Assembly: GCF_032444005.1 (NCBI RefSeq)
Contig: NC_091290.1
Span: forward strand, 146,630,001 to 146,694,000
Direction of reading: 5' to 3'
DNA: 64,000 bases
Origin: Ranitomeya imitator
Lineage: Eukaryota
The notes below the pieces were generated by a model. It did not search any database and was not told the DNA's origin. It saw only the letters and a program-made list of their open reading frames with translations. Positions 20,181 through 31,800 of the stretch are shown here, piece after piece. The position numbers and the translations under genes are program-made. The number at the start of each line of letters is the position of its first letter. Within the stretch, counting starts at the first letter, position 1.

Positions 20181-21182
20181 CGGATGCATTTGTTGCCCTC
20201 GCTGCCTGATACTGAGACTGATGTGTTTTTGATCTAGTCTAGGACAGGAAGGGGGTTAATCTCCAATAGTTGTCTAGATTTTGTTTCCCGGTGGGACGGT
20301 AGTTCTAGCAGCGGAGACGAGGGAATGTAAACTCGGATTATAATCTACAAACTTGGGCTGTGACTTTACGAACTAAACCCGAGTCGCTGAGCGGGACGGC
20401 AGGCGTGCAGTTACACGGATTTAGCTGCCGTACTGACGTTTGCTTAATCCCGACGGTATAACGTGAAAAATAAGGTAATGCTGCAATAGGTCTTAAAAAA
20501 AAAAAAAAAAAAAATCCTGTCGCTTTGCATCTACAGCTCCTTTGTAGAACTATGTGTCTCCATGGTAACAGTCTGATCTTGCAGGCTCCCTGTGTTCTGG
20601 ACCGTATGCAGGAAGTTAGCCGAGAACTCTCAGAAGAAACTGCAGGATCTGACTACACAGGGTTTGTTTGTTGTCTGTTGCCGTGGTGATGCATTGCTCT
20701 TCATCGGAGTTTACAGACAAAATAAGATTTTATTTATTTTTAATCAAGTATGGCCACATACTTAAAAAAACACAAAAAAAACAAAAAAAAAAAACTGAGC
20801 GCCTCCTGTGTCGTGATGGCTAAAGTTTTGTGTCTGGATACACTAATATTTGGGACAACTGCTTAAAAAGCAATTTCCTGACCCTGTATTGGGTAATTGT
20901 TCTCTTTAGCTGTAGGTACGAGGGGGTCTCAGTCCGTTCCCCCATCCCTGTGTCCTATGTACTGGACCACTCATATTGCTGAAATTTAGCAAATCTCCAG
21001 TTTTGTAACTGGAAACGTTAAAGCTCGTGTAGCGGATGGGGTTAATGGACATCAGGGCGACCAAAATGTCATCACAGGAATGTGATCTGCATACATCTGA
21101 TAATGGATTAATTACTCTCTTGCTGCCTCCATGCTAAAGTGAAGTGCGTAGATCTGTGCTCCATATATTGGGGGAAGAGGCG

Positions 21183-22208
21183 TCCCCTCTGTGTGCGCTC
21201 TTTCTGTCCCCTCTGTGTGCTCTTTCTCTCTCCTCTTTGCGCTCTGTCTCCCCCCTCTGTGTGTGTGTGTGTGTGTGTGCGCGCTCTCTTTCTCTCCCCT
21301 CTGTTTGCGCTCTCTCTCCCCTCTGTTTGCGCTCTCTCTCCCCTCTGTGTGCGCGCTCTTTCTCTCCCCTCTGTGTGCGTGCTCTCTTTCTCTCCCCTCT
21401 GTGTGCGCGCTCTCTTTCTCTCCCCTCTGTGTGCGCGCTCTCTTTCTCTCCCCTCTGTTTGCGCTCTTTCTCTCCCCTCTGTGTGCGCGCTCTTTCTCTC
21501 CCCTCTGTGTGCGCGCTCTTTCTCTCCCCTCTGTGTGCGCACTCTCTTTCTCTCCCCTCTGTTTGCGCGCTCTTTCTCTCCCCTCTGTGTGCGCGCTCTC
21601 TTTCTCTCCCCCTCTGTGTAGCTCGCTCTTTCTCTCCCCTCTGTGTGCGCGCTCTCTTTCTCTCCCCTCTGTGTGCGCGCTCTTTCTCTCCCCTCTGTGT
21701 GCGCGCTCTTTCTCTCCCCTCTGTGTGCGCGCTCTCTTTCTCTCCCCTCTGTGTGCGCGCTCTCTTTCTCTCCCCTCTGTGTGCGCGCTCTCTTTCTCTC
21801 CCCCTCTGTGTAGCTCGCTCTTTCTCTCCCCTCTGTGTGCGCGCTCTCTTTCTCTCCCCTCTGTGTGCGCGCTCTCTTTCTCTCCCCTCTGTGTGCGCGC
21901 TCTTTCTCTCCCCTCTGTGTGCGCGCTCTTTCTCTCCCCTCTGTGTGCGCGCTCTCTTTCTCTCCCCTCTGTGTGCGCGCTCTCTTTCTCTCCCCTCTGT
22001 GTGCGCGCTCTCTTTCTCTCCCCCTCTGTGTAGCTCGCTCTTTCTCTCCCCCTCTGTGTAGCTCGCTCTCTTTCTCTCCCCTCTGTGTGCGCGCTCTTTC
22101 TCTCCCCTCTGTGTGCGCGCTCTCTTTCTCTCCCCTCTGTGTGCGCGCTCTTTCTCTCCCCCTCTGTGTAGCTCGCTCTTTCTCTCCCCCTCTGTGTAGC
22201 TCGCTCTC
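21183..22208. repeat. 26-28-bp pyrimidine-rich minisatellite (CTCTTTCTCTCCCCTCTGTGTGCGCG) between the converging genes
   Basis: Direct inspection. It gives the ERARTQRGEK and LSPLCVR ORF artefacts. Confidence 0.95.
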
Positions 22209-23321
22209 CTCTGGCACCTTGTATAGGAAAGCATACTCTTCAGCTTCGTATGCCGCCACACACTACCATCTGCTTTCCCCACCACAGGCCCGGGACCCCC
22301 GCTACCATATCACTACTCCTGGATCTGTGCACTTCACTTAAGCCTTTATTTTTTGCAAAAGAGGGTTAATAATCATAAATTATGTTTCCGGATTAAAAAT
22401 CTAAGTGTAGTTATTCTTTTTAACCGTCTGGCTCACAGATGTAACACAAGACCGTTCTGCGGTCCCAGTCCCTATAGTGCTGACAGTTTGGTCATTATTC
22501 CATACAGTAGAATGATGGGTACAGAAGGCTTAATTCAGATGTGTGCACGGAGCGGCCGCCGGTATCACCACCCAAATGCATCAGCCTCATATGTGCCCAC
22601 GATGTGTTGGCAATCTGGGATGGGAGACCCCCGGCCGGTCCCTACATCACGGTCAGTGCTCGGCCTGTATTTCTCAATGTCTGCATTCGGCTCCATTACT
22701 AGTGAAAGCTGCAGGTGATGCCGGGCCGCCGATGCCTCTCGCAGAACCGAGTCATGTGACCGTACATTGTTAATAAACCGTTGTCACCAGCTCCTCTGTG
22801 TATCGTCTCCTTTCATCTACAGGGACCAGCACCGGCCGCTCTTCAGTCTGTGACTATACAGTGTGTCTGAACGTGGCCTCTTTTTTTTTTTTTTTCCCCC
22901 TTTTCTTTTCTCCTTCTCGCTCCGATCCGATTTTAGAGTGAAATCTGAGCGTGTTGACTTTTATTTTTGATCAATCTGCCGCTCTGCACGGCCTCGTTGA
23001 AACCCTTGTTCCCTTTTATCGGATTGCACTTGCCCGTGTTATACCCTCGTGTGAGCGATTCCCTGTACAATAAACGCCAGAGCCGTCATTTCATATAAAA
23101 TCAATGATTAAGAATATAAAAACAAAATACAAATGCCATAATTACTTCTCCAGATATTTACAGACACTTGCCTTGTGTTCCTGAGACTAGTGGTGCTCGT
23201 ACTGACCAGGGGAGGCTAGGGTCGCTCTAATGCTCGCCTTATAGGACGGGTTGGCCACTCATTTGCCAAGTTGATGGTTTAAACCAGAAAAATCATAGTC
23301 TGGCTGCTTCTTGTGCTTTAA

Positions 23322-23453
23322 AGGGGCAGTCCAGGATTAGAAAAACATGGCTGCTTTCTTTCACCTCATGGGTTGTGTGTGTCAACTCCTTGATGAGGTC
23401 TGCGGCGGAGCAGTGACAAAGCAGCTATGTTTATTTAATCCTGAACAATCCCT
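23322..23453. mobile_element. Small T2/Kolobok-type MITE
   Basis: TTAA (23318-23321)-AGGGGCAGTCCAGGATTA ... TAATCCTGAACAATCCCT-TTAA (23454-23457). Confidence 0.65.
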
Positions 23454-23519
23454 TTAAGGATGCGTCATGTCTGATCATGATTGTAGAATGTATGCGTTAC
23501 CCTGAGCGCTGCTGGGACC

Positions 23520-25775
23520 TTATAATGGGCACAGGCTGAGCCTCTCCAGCGTCCTGTAATGTCCAGCACTGTGAGATAGCGGAGCACTGGGCTCCGTAGC
23601 TTCGCTGTACCGGGATCGTTCCGTGCTGGTCCTGTCTGGGGACGGTCCTCGAGGCTTGTAGACGGCATTCGGGGAGATTTTATTCAGTTGTTGTAGGAGA
23701 TATTCATTGGTGCAGACTAATGACCTGCGGGGCACAGAACAGACATCCTGAGCCCAGACGTCCGGATTGATAACGACGAGTGACTTCGGCGTGCTCGAAA
23801 AATATCTTCGAGTCCCTGCATGTGTTGCGGCTGCCAGACAAGCAGCCGCTGGGACTCGACCATATTTATCGAGCATGCCGAAGTCACCTGGTGATAAAGG
23901 AACGTGCTAATAATCTGATCATTGAACACAGAGCACGGGCGCGGAGCCGCAGCAGACTTTAGTGCCTCGATCCCCGTACCTCTGGCTGTTGTGGAGCAGG
24001 TTCACCGTCTCCTGCAGTTTATTGGTTTTCTCCAGCTGCTGCTGCAATGATTCCACCTGCAGGGTCAGCCGCTCGTACTTCTGCCGCAGATCATCTGGAA
24101 GCAAAAACATCAGGTTCAGTTACTGAAAAGGCCGCTGCGAGACATTGTCCGCACAGCCGTCCAGATGCAGAGCACCTTGCGGCAGCGAGGAGCTGCCCGA
24201 TCCTTCCTTCCGGGTCGCCTGGTTCTCCAGTTTACACACTCTGCTCTGTAAGAAGTGATTTTCCTCCATCACTTTTATCAGCTTCAGATTTACAGAGTCC
24301 TAAGGAAAGAAGGAGCCGATACCAGAGCATCAATCGGGGGCAGAAGACGCATAAGAGAAAGTGAGGAATAAATGTGCGCGACCAGGGGAGATGCGTCAAA
24401 AAAATGGGGTTTGTGATCATTTGTGTAAATTGGTCAGAAAATGGAATTTATACCTGCTATCAGCAGATGCAAAAAAGTTTTGATGTTGTGCTATGAAGTT
24501 TAGTAAACCGCTCCTGGGGTAACAGGCCGACTTTTTTAAGTTTTAGTAGTTAAAGTGTAAAATATCGACTTATTTGCTGCAATTTGTGACTGTTTGGAGC
24601 TTGGTTTATACTGAAAAATCTGTAAACTGCTTGATGAATGTGGGCTGTGTACAGACATGGTGTCTGTCTAGTGGTCATAGGTACACCGGTGCTCCCGTCA
24701 CAACCTACTGTGGCCTCGCCGTCGTCTTCTTGCCTGGGACTGCCTGTAGGATGCCCCTGTGATACGTGTCTGGTAGAGCTCAGGCTGGAGAGCAGATCCC
24801 GAGCAGGTCCTGGCGGGAAACAATAAGCATGAAATCTTCCGTCTCTCTCCAGGCCTGATAATAAATGCTGTGATCCCGTCCACTCACCCAGGAACCGCTG
24901 GTTCTGTAGAAGGGATCCTGACCCGTTCCAGTACCGGTCTACTAAGTCCATGAGGTGGTGCAGGACCTCATTGATGGCGGGACTCTCGCCACTACCGGGG
25001 GACTCTCTGTTTCTCAGCTCGTTTCCACTCAATAAATCATCAGTCTACAAAATAATACATTAGAGGTAAGATCTGAAGATACGATCGTTAATGTCTTCAC
25101 ATCTATTCCAGGGCAGACTAGAAGACACAAGCGTTCACTGAAAGCAAATGGAGATGATGCAATTAGTGGGAACTGAAACCAATGACATATTCTGACCTCT
25201 CGCGCATTGTGGGGGTCTCTGTCCGGCGCCTGCGCACTATGGGGGGCCGCGGGTACATATGGGGGTCTCTGTCCGACACCTGCACATTATGGGGGGAAGT
25301 GGGTACATGTGCACTTACACTACTGACCGGAGGGGAGAGCAGAGAGTTCAGGCTGCTGGCTCGTTTCATGCCATTTTGTGGCACAGACAGGCTGTCGCCC
25401 TTCATGCCGGACGCTCTATCCAGGCTCCACCAGTTCTTGTAGTCTCTGAATTCGGGGCGGCTCAGGCTTTTTCCTGTGGACAGGGGAGTGTTTGCCAGGG
25501 TGGGTTTAGATGGCAGCGTGTACGTCTTGGAGACGTCGGTAAAACCTTTTCTTAAGGCCGAGAGAGAATTTGACGGTGTGGAGGGATCTGTCAGATGTGT
25601 GGTCACATAGAGATCTACGGAGGGGAAAATACATTCACAATATTACACAAGACGGAAGCTATAGGCCACGTTCACACATGCACTATGTGGTCAGTACTTT
25701 ACATCAGTGCAAGTCAAAATCAGGAGTGGAACAATCAGAGGAAAAGTATAATGGAAATATGTCACCACTTCAGAG

Positions 25776-25833
<58 letters not shown>

Positions 25834-28800
25834 CGGCTGCTCTCAGAACTATAAATATATATCTCACGGCTCAAAAAAATAGAGGGAGCACTTGTGGTAA
25901 CCACAGACCATTTTTCTGTTCTCATACTTTTTGGCTGTTTTGGTCAATTTTGCATTTTGTCATTGCTCTCACCCCTAGAGGTACAATAGCATGAGGCGGT
26001 GTCCACAACCCACAGAAGATGGTCAGGTAGTGCAGCTCATCCAGGATGGCACATCAATGCGAGCTGTGGCAAGAAAGGTAGCTGTGTCTGTCAGCACAAT
26101 GGCCAGAGCATGGAGCAGATACCAGGAGACAGGCCGGTACACCAGGAGATGTGGAGGGGGACGTAGGAGGGCAACAATCCAGCAGCAGGACCGCTACCTC
26201 CTCCTTTGTGCAGTCAGAGCCCTGCAAAATGACCTCCAGCAGGCCATTAAGACATCCATGTGACTGCTCTGTCAGAAACAGACTATGAGGGCCCAACATC
26301 CACAAGTGGGTGTAGTGCTTACAGCTCAACACCGTGCAGGGCGATTGGAATTTGACAGAGAACTGTAAGATTGACAGACATTGGTGCCATGTGCTCTTCA
26401 AGGATGAGAGCAGATTCACACTGAGCACGTGACAGTCTGGAGACGCCGTGGAGAGCGATCTGCCTGCAACATCCTTCAGCATGACCGGTTTGACAGTGGG
26501 TCAGTAATGGTGTGGGGAGGCATTTCTTTGGTGGGCCGCACAGCCCTACATGTGCCCGCCAGAGGTAGCCTGACTGCCATTAGGTACCGATATGAGATCC
26601 TCAGACTCATTGTGAGACCATATGCTGGTGCGGTTGGCCCTGGGTTTCTTCTGATGGATGACAATGCTAGGCGTCATGCGGCTGGAGTGTCAGAAGTTCC
26701 TGCATGAAGAAGACATTGATACTATGGATTGGCCGGCCTGTTCCCCAGACCTGAATCCAATCAAGCACATCTGACACATCATGTCTCATTCCACCCACCG
26801 ATGCAACGTGGCACCACAGACTGTCCACGGGTTTACTAATGCTTTAATCCAGGTCTGGGAGGAGATCCCTCAGGAGAACATTCGCCACCTCCTCAGGAGC
26901 ATGCCCAGGCGTTGTCCAGAAGTCATAAAGACACGTGGAGGCCACACACAATACTGAGCATCATTTCCTTGTCTTGAGGCATTTCCAATGAAGTTAGATC
27001 AGCCTGTAATTTGATTTTCCACTTTGATTTTTTGGGGATATTAGTTGTGATTTACATTGATCATTTTTATGTTTTATTTATTGTTCTTAACGTGTTCCGC
27101 TATGTAATGAAAGAAGATTTTCAACTGGAATATTTCATTCAGGGATATCTAGGATGTGGGATTTTACTGTTCCCTTTATTTTTTGAGCAGTGTATATGGG
27201 AGGCAGCTGCTCTCAGGACCCAGTATATACATATTAGTAGTATGTATACGATATTAGTAGTATATACACGACATGTATAATATATAGGGTATGTGATGTG
27301 GCTGCCCACGTACCTGAGCTAAGTCTCAGCAGTCTGTCTCTGCTCATCTCTGTAGACTTGTGTCGATCTCTGTACTCTGTGCTCTGGCCAATGTCATTGA
27401 GGATGTCAGCATTAACCCTCGTGCGGTCGCTGCTGGCGAACTCCCTCCTTACCGGGGTAGACGTCAGGTAGGTATTTTTGAAGCTAAATGCTGATTCCGT
27501 TTTTTCTAAAGGGACAAAAGTGGGTTTTCCGCGGCTGATGAAATCGTCACCGCTTTCTAATTGTCGGTCTAAATCCTCTTTTTGTGGAAACAGCTCTGAA
27601 ATGGTCGACTCTGCAAACGTGACTCGTTGGCCTTCTTTGGCACGTGACGAGGGACCTGGAGAACGGAGGGATGAGCGCGGCGGTGACGGTAAAGGGCGGT
27701 ATTCTGCAAATTACACAAAGGATTGTCATTTCTTGTCTTAGATGTGAACCCTCTGGGGCAGAAATACAGCGGTGAAGCCTGAACATGCCGGCGAGTGCGG
27801 TGTATTACATGTGTAATTAACGCGATGGCTGAGCCCATGATTTTACGTCTACACAGGTTAGTGTTGTTAGTAACTGGTTACTGAAGTGAAGCTGTAATTA
27901 TACCAATACCGTCGTCAAAGTCGCTCTGCGGCCGCACCGACGGCTGCTGCTCTTCAGTCTGTGAACGCAGAGAGAGGGAAACACACAAGGGGATCAGGGG
28001 CAACACTGATGGTAGGTCTCTGTCTACATGGTCAGGATTTGATGAGAATTTTCACAGACAGATTTATCCCGGTTAGGAGGAGAATATACCTGATATTTAG
28101 CTGGAGAGATTCCCTTCGTGTAATCCTGACGTTCCTTTTCCCGATCATGTATCTTGTCGAAGTCTAGAATGAGATTTGCATCATAAAAGTCAGTGTGAAT
28201 ATACGGTATATACTGTTATAGATCTGACCAGATGTTTGAACCCCTAAAACAAATTTCCTGGCAGCATGATCCTTCAGGTCGCTACGATTACAGCAGGATC
28301 AAACTTGGAGAGTTTATTTACAGGTCCTTCTCAAAAAATTAGCATATAGTGTTAAATTTCATTATTTACCATAATGTAATGATTACAATTAAACTTTCAT
28401 ATATTATAGATTCATTATCCACCAACTGAAATTTGTCAGGTCTTTTATTGTTTTAATACTGATGATTTTGGCATACAACTCCTGATAACCCAAAAAACCT
28501 GTCTCAATAAATTAGCATATTTCACCCATCCAATCAAATAAAAGTGTTTTTTAATAACAAACAAAAAAACCAACAAATAATAATGTTGAGTTATGCACTC
28601 AATACTTGGTGGGGAATCCTTTGGCAGAAATGACTGCTTCAATGCGGCGTGGCATGGAGGCAATCAGCCTGTGACACTGCTGAGATGTTATGGAGGCCCA
28701 GGATGCTTCAATAGCGGCCTTAAGCTCATCCAGAGTGTTGGGTCTTGCGTCTCTCAACTTTCTCTTCACAATATCCCACAGATTCTCTACGGGGTTCAGG

Positions 28801-31800
28801 TCAGGAGAGTTGGCAGGCCAATTGAGCACAGTAATACCATGGTCAGTAAACCATTTACCAGTGGTTTTGGCACTGTGAGCAGGTGCCAGGTCGTGCTGAA
28901 AAATGAAATCTTCATCTCCATAAAGCATTTCAGCAGATGGAAGCATGAAGTGCTCCAAAATCTCCTGATAGCTAGCTGCATTGACCCTGCCCTTGATGAA
29001 ACACAGTGGACCAACACCAGCAGCTGACATGGCACCCCACACCATCACTGACTGTGGGTACTTGACACTGGACTTCAGGCATTTTGGCATTTCCTTCTCC
29101 CCAGTCTTCCTCCAGACTCTGGCACCTTGATTTCCGAATGACATGCAAAACTTGCTTTCATCAGAAAAAAGTACTTGGGACCACTTAGCAACAGTCCAGT
29201 GCTGCTTCTCTGTAGCCCAGGTCAGGCGCCTCTGCCGCTGTTTATGGTTCAAAAGTGGCTTTACCTGGGGAATGCGGCACCTGTAGCCCATTTCCTGCAC
29301 ACGCCTGTGCACGGTGGCTCTGGATGTTTCCACACCAGACTCAGTCCACTGCTTCCTCAGGTTCCCCAAGGTCTGGAATCGGTCCTTCTCCACAATCTTC
29401 CTCAGGGTCCGGTCTCCTCTTCTCGTTGTACAGCGTTTTCTGCCACATTGTTTCCTTCCAACAGACTTACCATTGAGGTGCCTTGATACAGCACTCTGGG
29501 AACAGCCTATTTGTTGAGAAATTTCTTTCTGGGTCTTACCCTCTTGCTTGAGGGTGTCAATGATGGCCTTCTTGACATCTGTCAGGTCGCTAGTCTTACC
29601 CATGATGGTGGTTTTGAGTAATGAACCAGGCAGGGAGTTTATAAAAGCCTCAGGTATCTTTTGCATGTGTTTAGAGTTAATTAGTTGATTCAGAAGATTA
29701 GGGTAATAGGTCGTTTAGAGAACCTTTTCTTGATATGCTAATTTATTGAGACAGGTTTTTTGGGTTATCAGGAGTTGTATGCCAAAATCATCAGTATTAA
29801 AACAATAAAAGACCTGACAAATTTCAGTTGGTGGATAATGAATCTATAATATATGAAAGTTTAATTGTAATCATTACATTATGGTAAATAATGAAATTTA
29901 ACACTATATGCTAATTTTTTGAGAAGGACCTGTATTTTAGTGGTGAAAAGATAATGTTCAGAAATTTGTGAAAAAAATAAATTTGGTTTTTCGCCATTTT
30001 CTGAGAACTTTTTCATTTCTCTGACAATTGCGCTGTGGGAGGGTGTGATTTTTCTTTTTCTGCGTGCTGAGCTGAGATTTAAACTAATACCATTTGATTT
30101 TTTTTTTCTTCTTTTTTCTATCAGAAGTGCAGCCGCCGTTAAAAAAAAAAATGCAATTCTGGGATTTTCAATAAATATATTTTAGCTTTGTGGAGTTTAT
30201 CATAGCATGGGAAGGGTTTTCGCCCCACCTGGCAGAGCCGACAGTGATCGGTGCGCCCCTCGGACCGTACGGCTTAAATGCTGGTGTCGGAGATTGACAG
30301 CAGCATGTAAGGCGTTAACAGCAGCAATCAAAGCTCTGATCGCTGCTGTTAGAGGCATCTGATGGCTTATTGCGCAGCAGACACTGGTAATGAGTTTAGT
30401 TTTTACCTTCCCCCCAAAAAACTACTTTTAAATGAGTTAAAAAAGGATTATCTAGAACAAACACCTGTAACTGGTAGAGCACTCTACCTCCTGGACATCA
30501 GTGTCAGGCACGAGGTCTCTGCCGCAGTTTTATTAATTACTATGGCAGGGACAGACTGCCTGATGCCAACACTACACAGCTCTTATGTCATGATCCAGTC
30601 TGGGTTTTGAGTCCTGTCTGCCCTTTTCCCAGACTGATCATGTCAAGGGTTAACTTTTGCTCTGCCGCATTCTGGGTTCAGGTTTGCCTTTTAGCTCCGT
30701 TGCATCTTGCAGGTGGTGTCAGTTATATTTTCTGCCTTCGGAGTGAGTATCCGACTCCAGTAGTACCCTGATTTGTTCTGCTGCGCTTTCTGACCTTGCC
30801 CTTGTCTATTCCTCCTTCCCTGCCCGTCTTGTCTTAGTGTTTCCTGATTGCTTTTGGATTTCTGTGTTTGACTTGGCTTTGACTCTGACTTGATTTTGCC
30901 TCTGGTCCCTGGTACTTCTGCCTCTTGTCTGGTATTGACCCTTTGGCTCTCCACTGACTCTGTTATTGTTTTTTCCCTTTGTAGTGAGTGACAGTCTAGG
31001 TTTTGACTCGGCTTGTTTGACTATTCTGCTGCCACCTGGTGGTAGCTTCGCTGCAGCACTGCAGGTCTGCCCTTGCAGACTTGTAACTTTCCTTCCATTC
31101 TGTTGCCATCTGGTGGAAGTTGCAGTTACCTGCATAGGTGCAGCGTGACATAACACCAGAAATGTCTCCAATGGGTCAGCGGCGCCATTTACATTGCTAA
31201 ATATTCTTCATAATACAGAGAAATTTCACATTTGATGAGATTCCCTGGATATCCGTTACCTGTGCTGCTCAGGGGAAAATCCAGGTGAGCTTTGGCTGAT
31301 GTCTTCTGCAGGTAAGTGGGACTTTTTTCACAGCTAAAAGACAAAAATCGTGTATTATAAGCGAGTCCCAAGAGGAAAGGAGCCACGTCCACCTCCAAAG
31401 CCGAAGTATGTGCATTATTGTTGTGCCCATACACTATTCTACCAAAGGGGCCCGTTCTGTCTGTGTCCGTCTGCCGGTATTATCCACAATCACGGTAGTA
31501 TGGCATGACATTTATGGAAATCCTGCTCCAATGTGACAGACGGAAATGATTTGTAGCCTGCACTTCATGTTTCCTGCATCCATGTGAGGGGCGTGTGGGC
31601 TCCGGAAATATGGAGTTTGGTTAAAACTGGTGAATCTGCTCTGGTTATATCCCTCATGTCGAAGCCTGACGCGTATATACTGGCACTGACTGTATATAGC
31701 AATAGCTTATACACCGTATATACGAACTACTGCTCATTTACTAATTATACAGCGGGAATAAAGTGATACAAGAGCAAAAAGAAATAAACAGAAAATGTAA

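Noticed and set aside
21108-22341. 383-aa ERARTQRGEK ORFs and their LSPLCV antisense ORFs
   Set aside because: Minisatellite artefacts, with no recognisable domain in the short unique N-termini.
25058-25117. Possible extra LRRC36 exon behind a good acceptor
   Set aside because: It has a stop in the required phase, and the flanking exons already join in frame.
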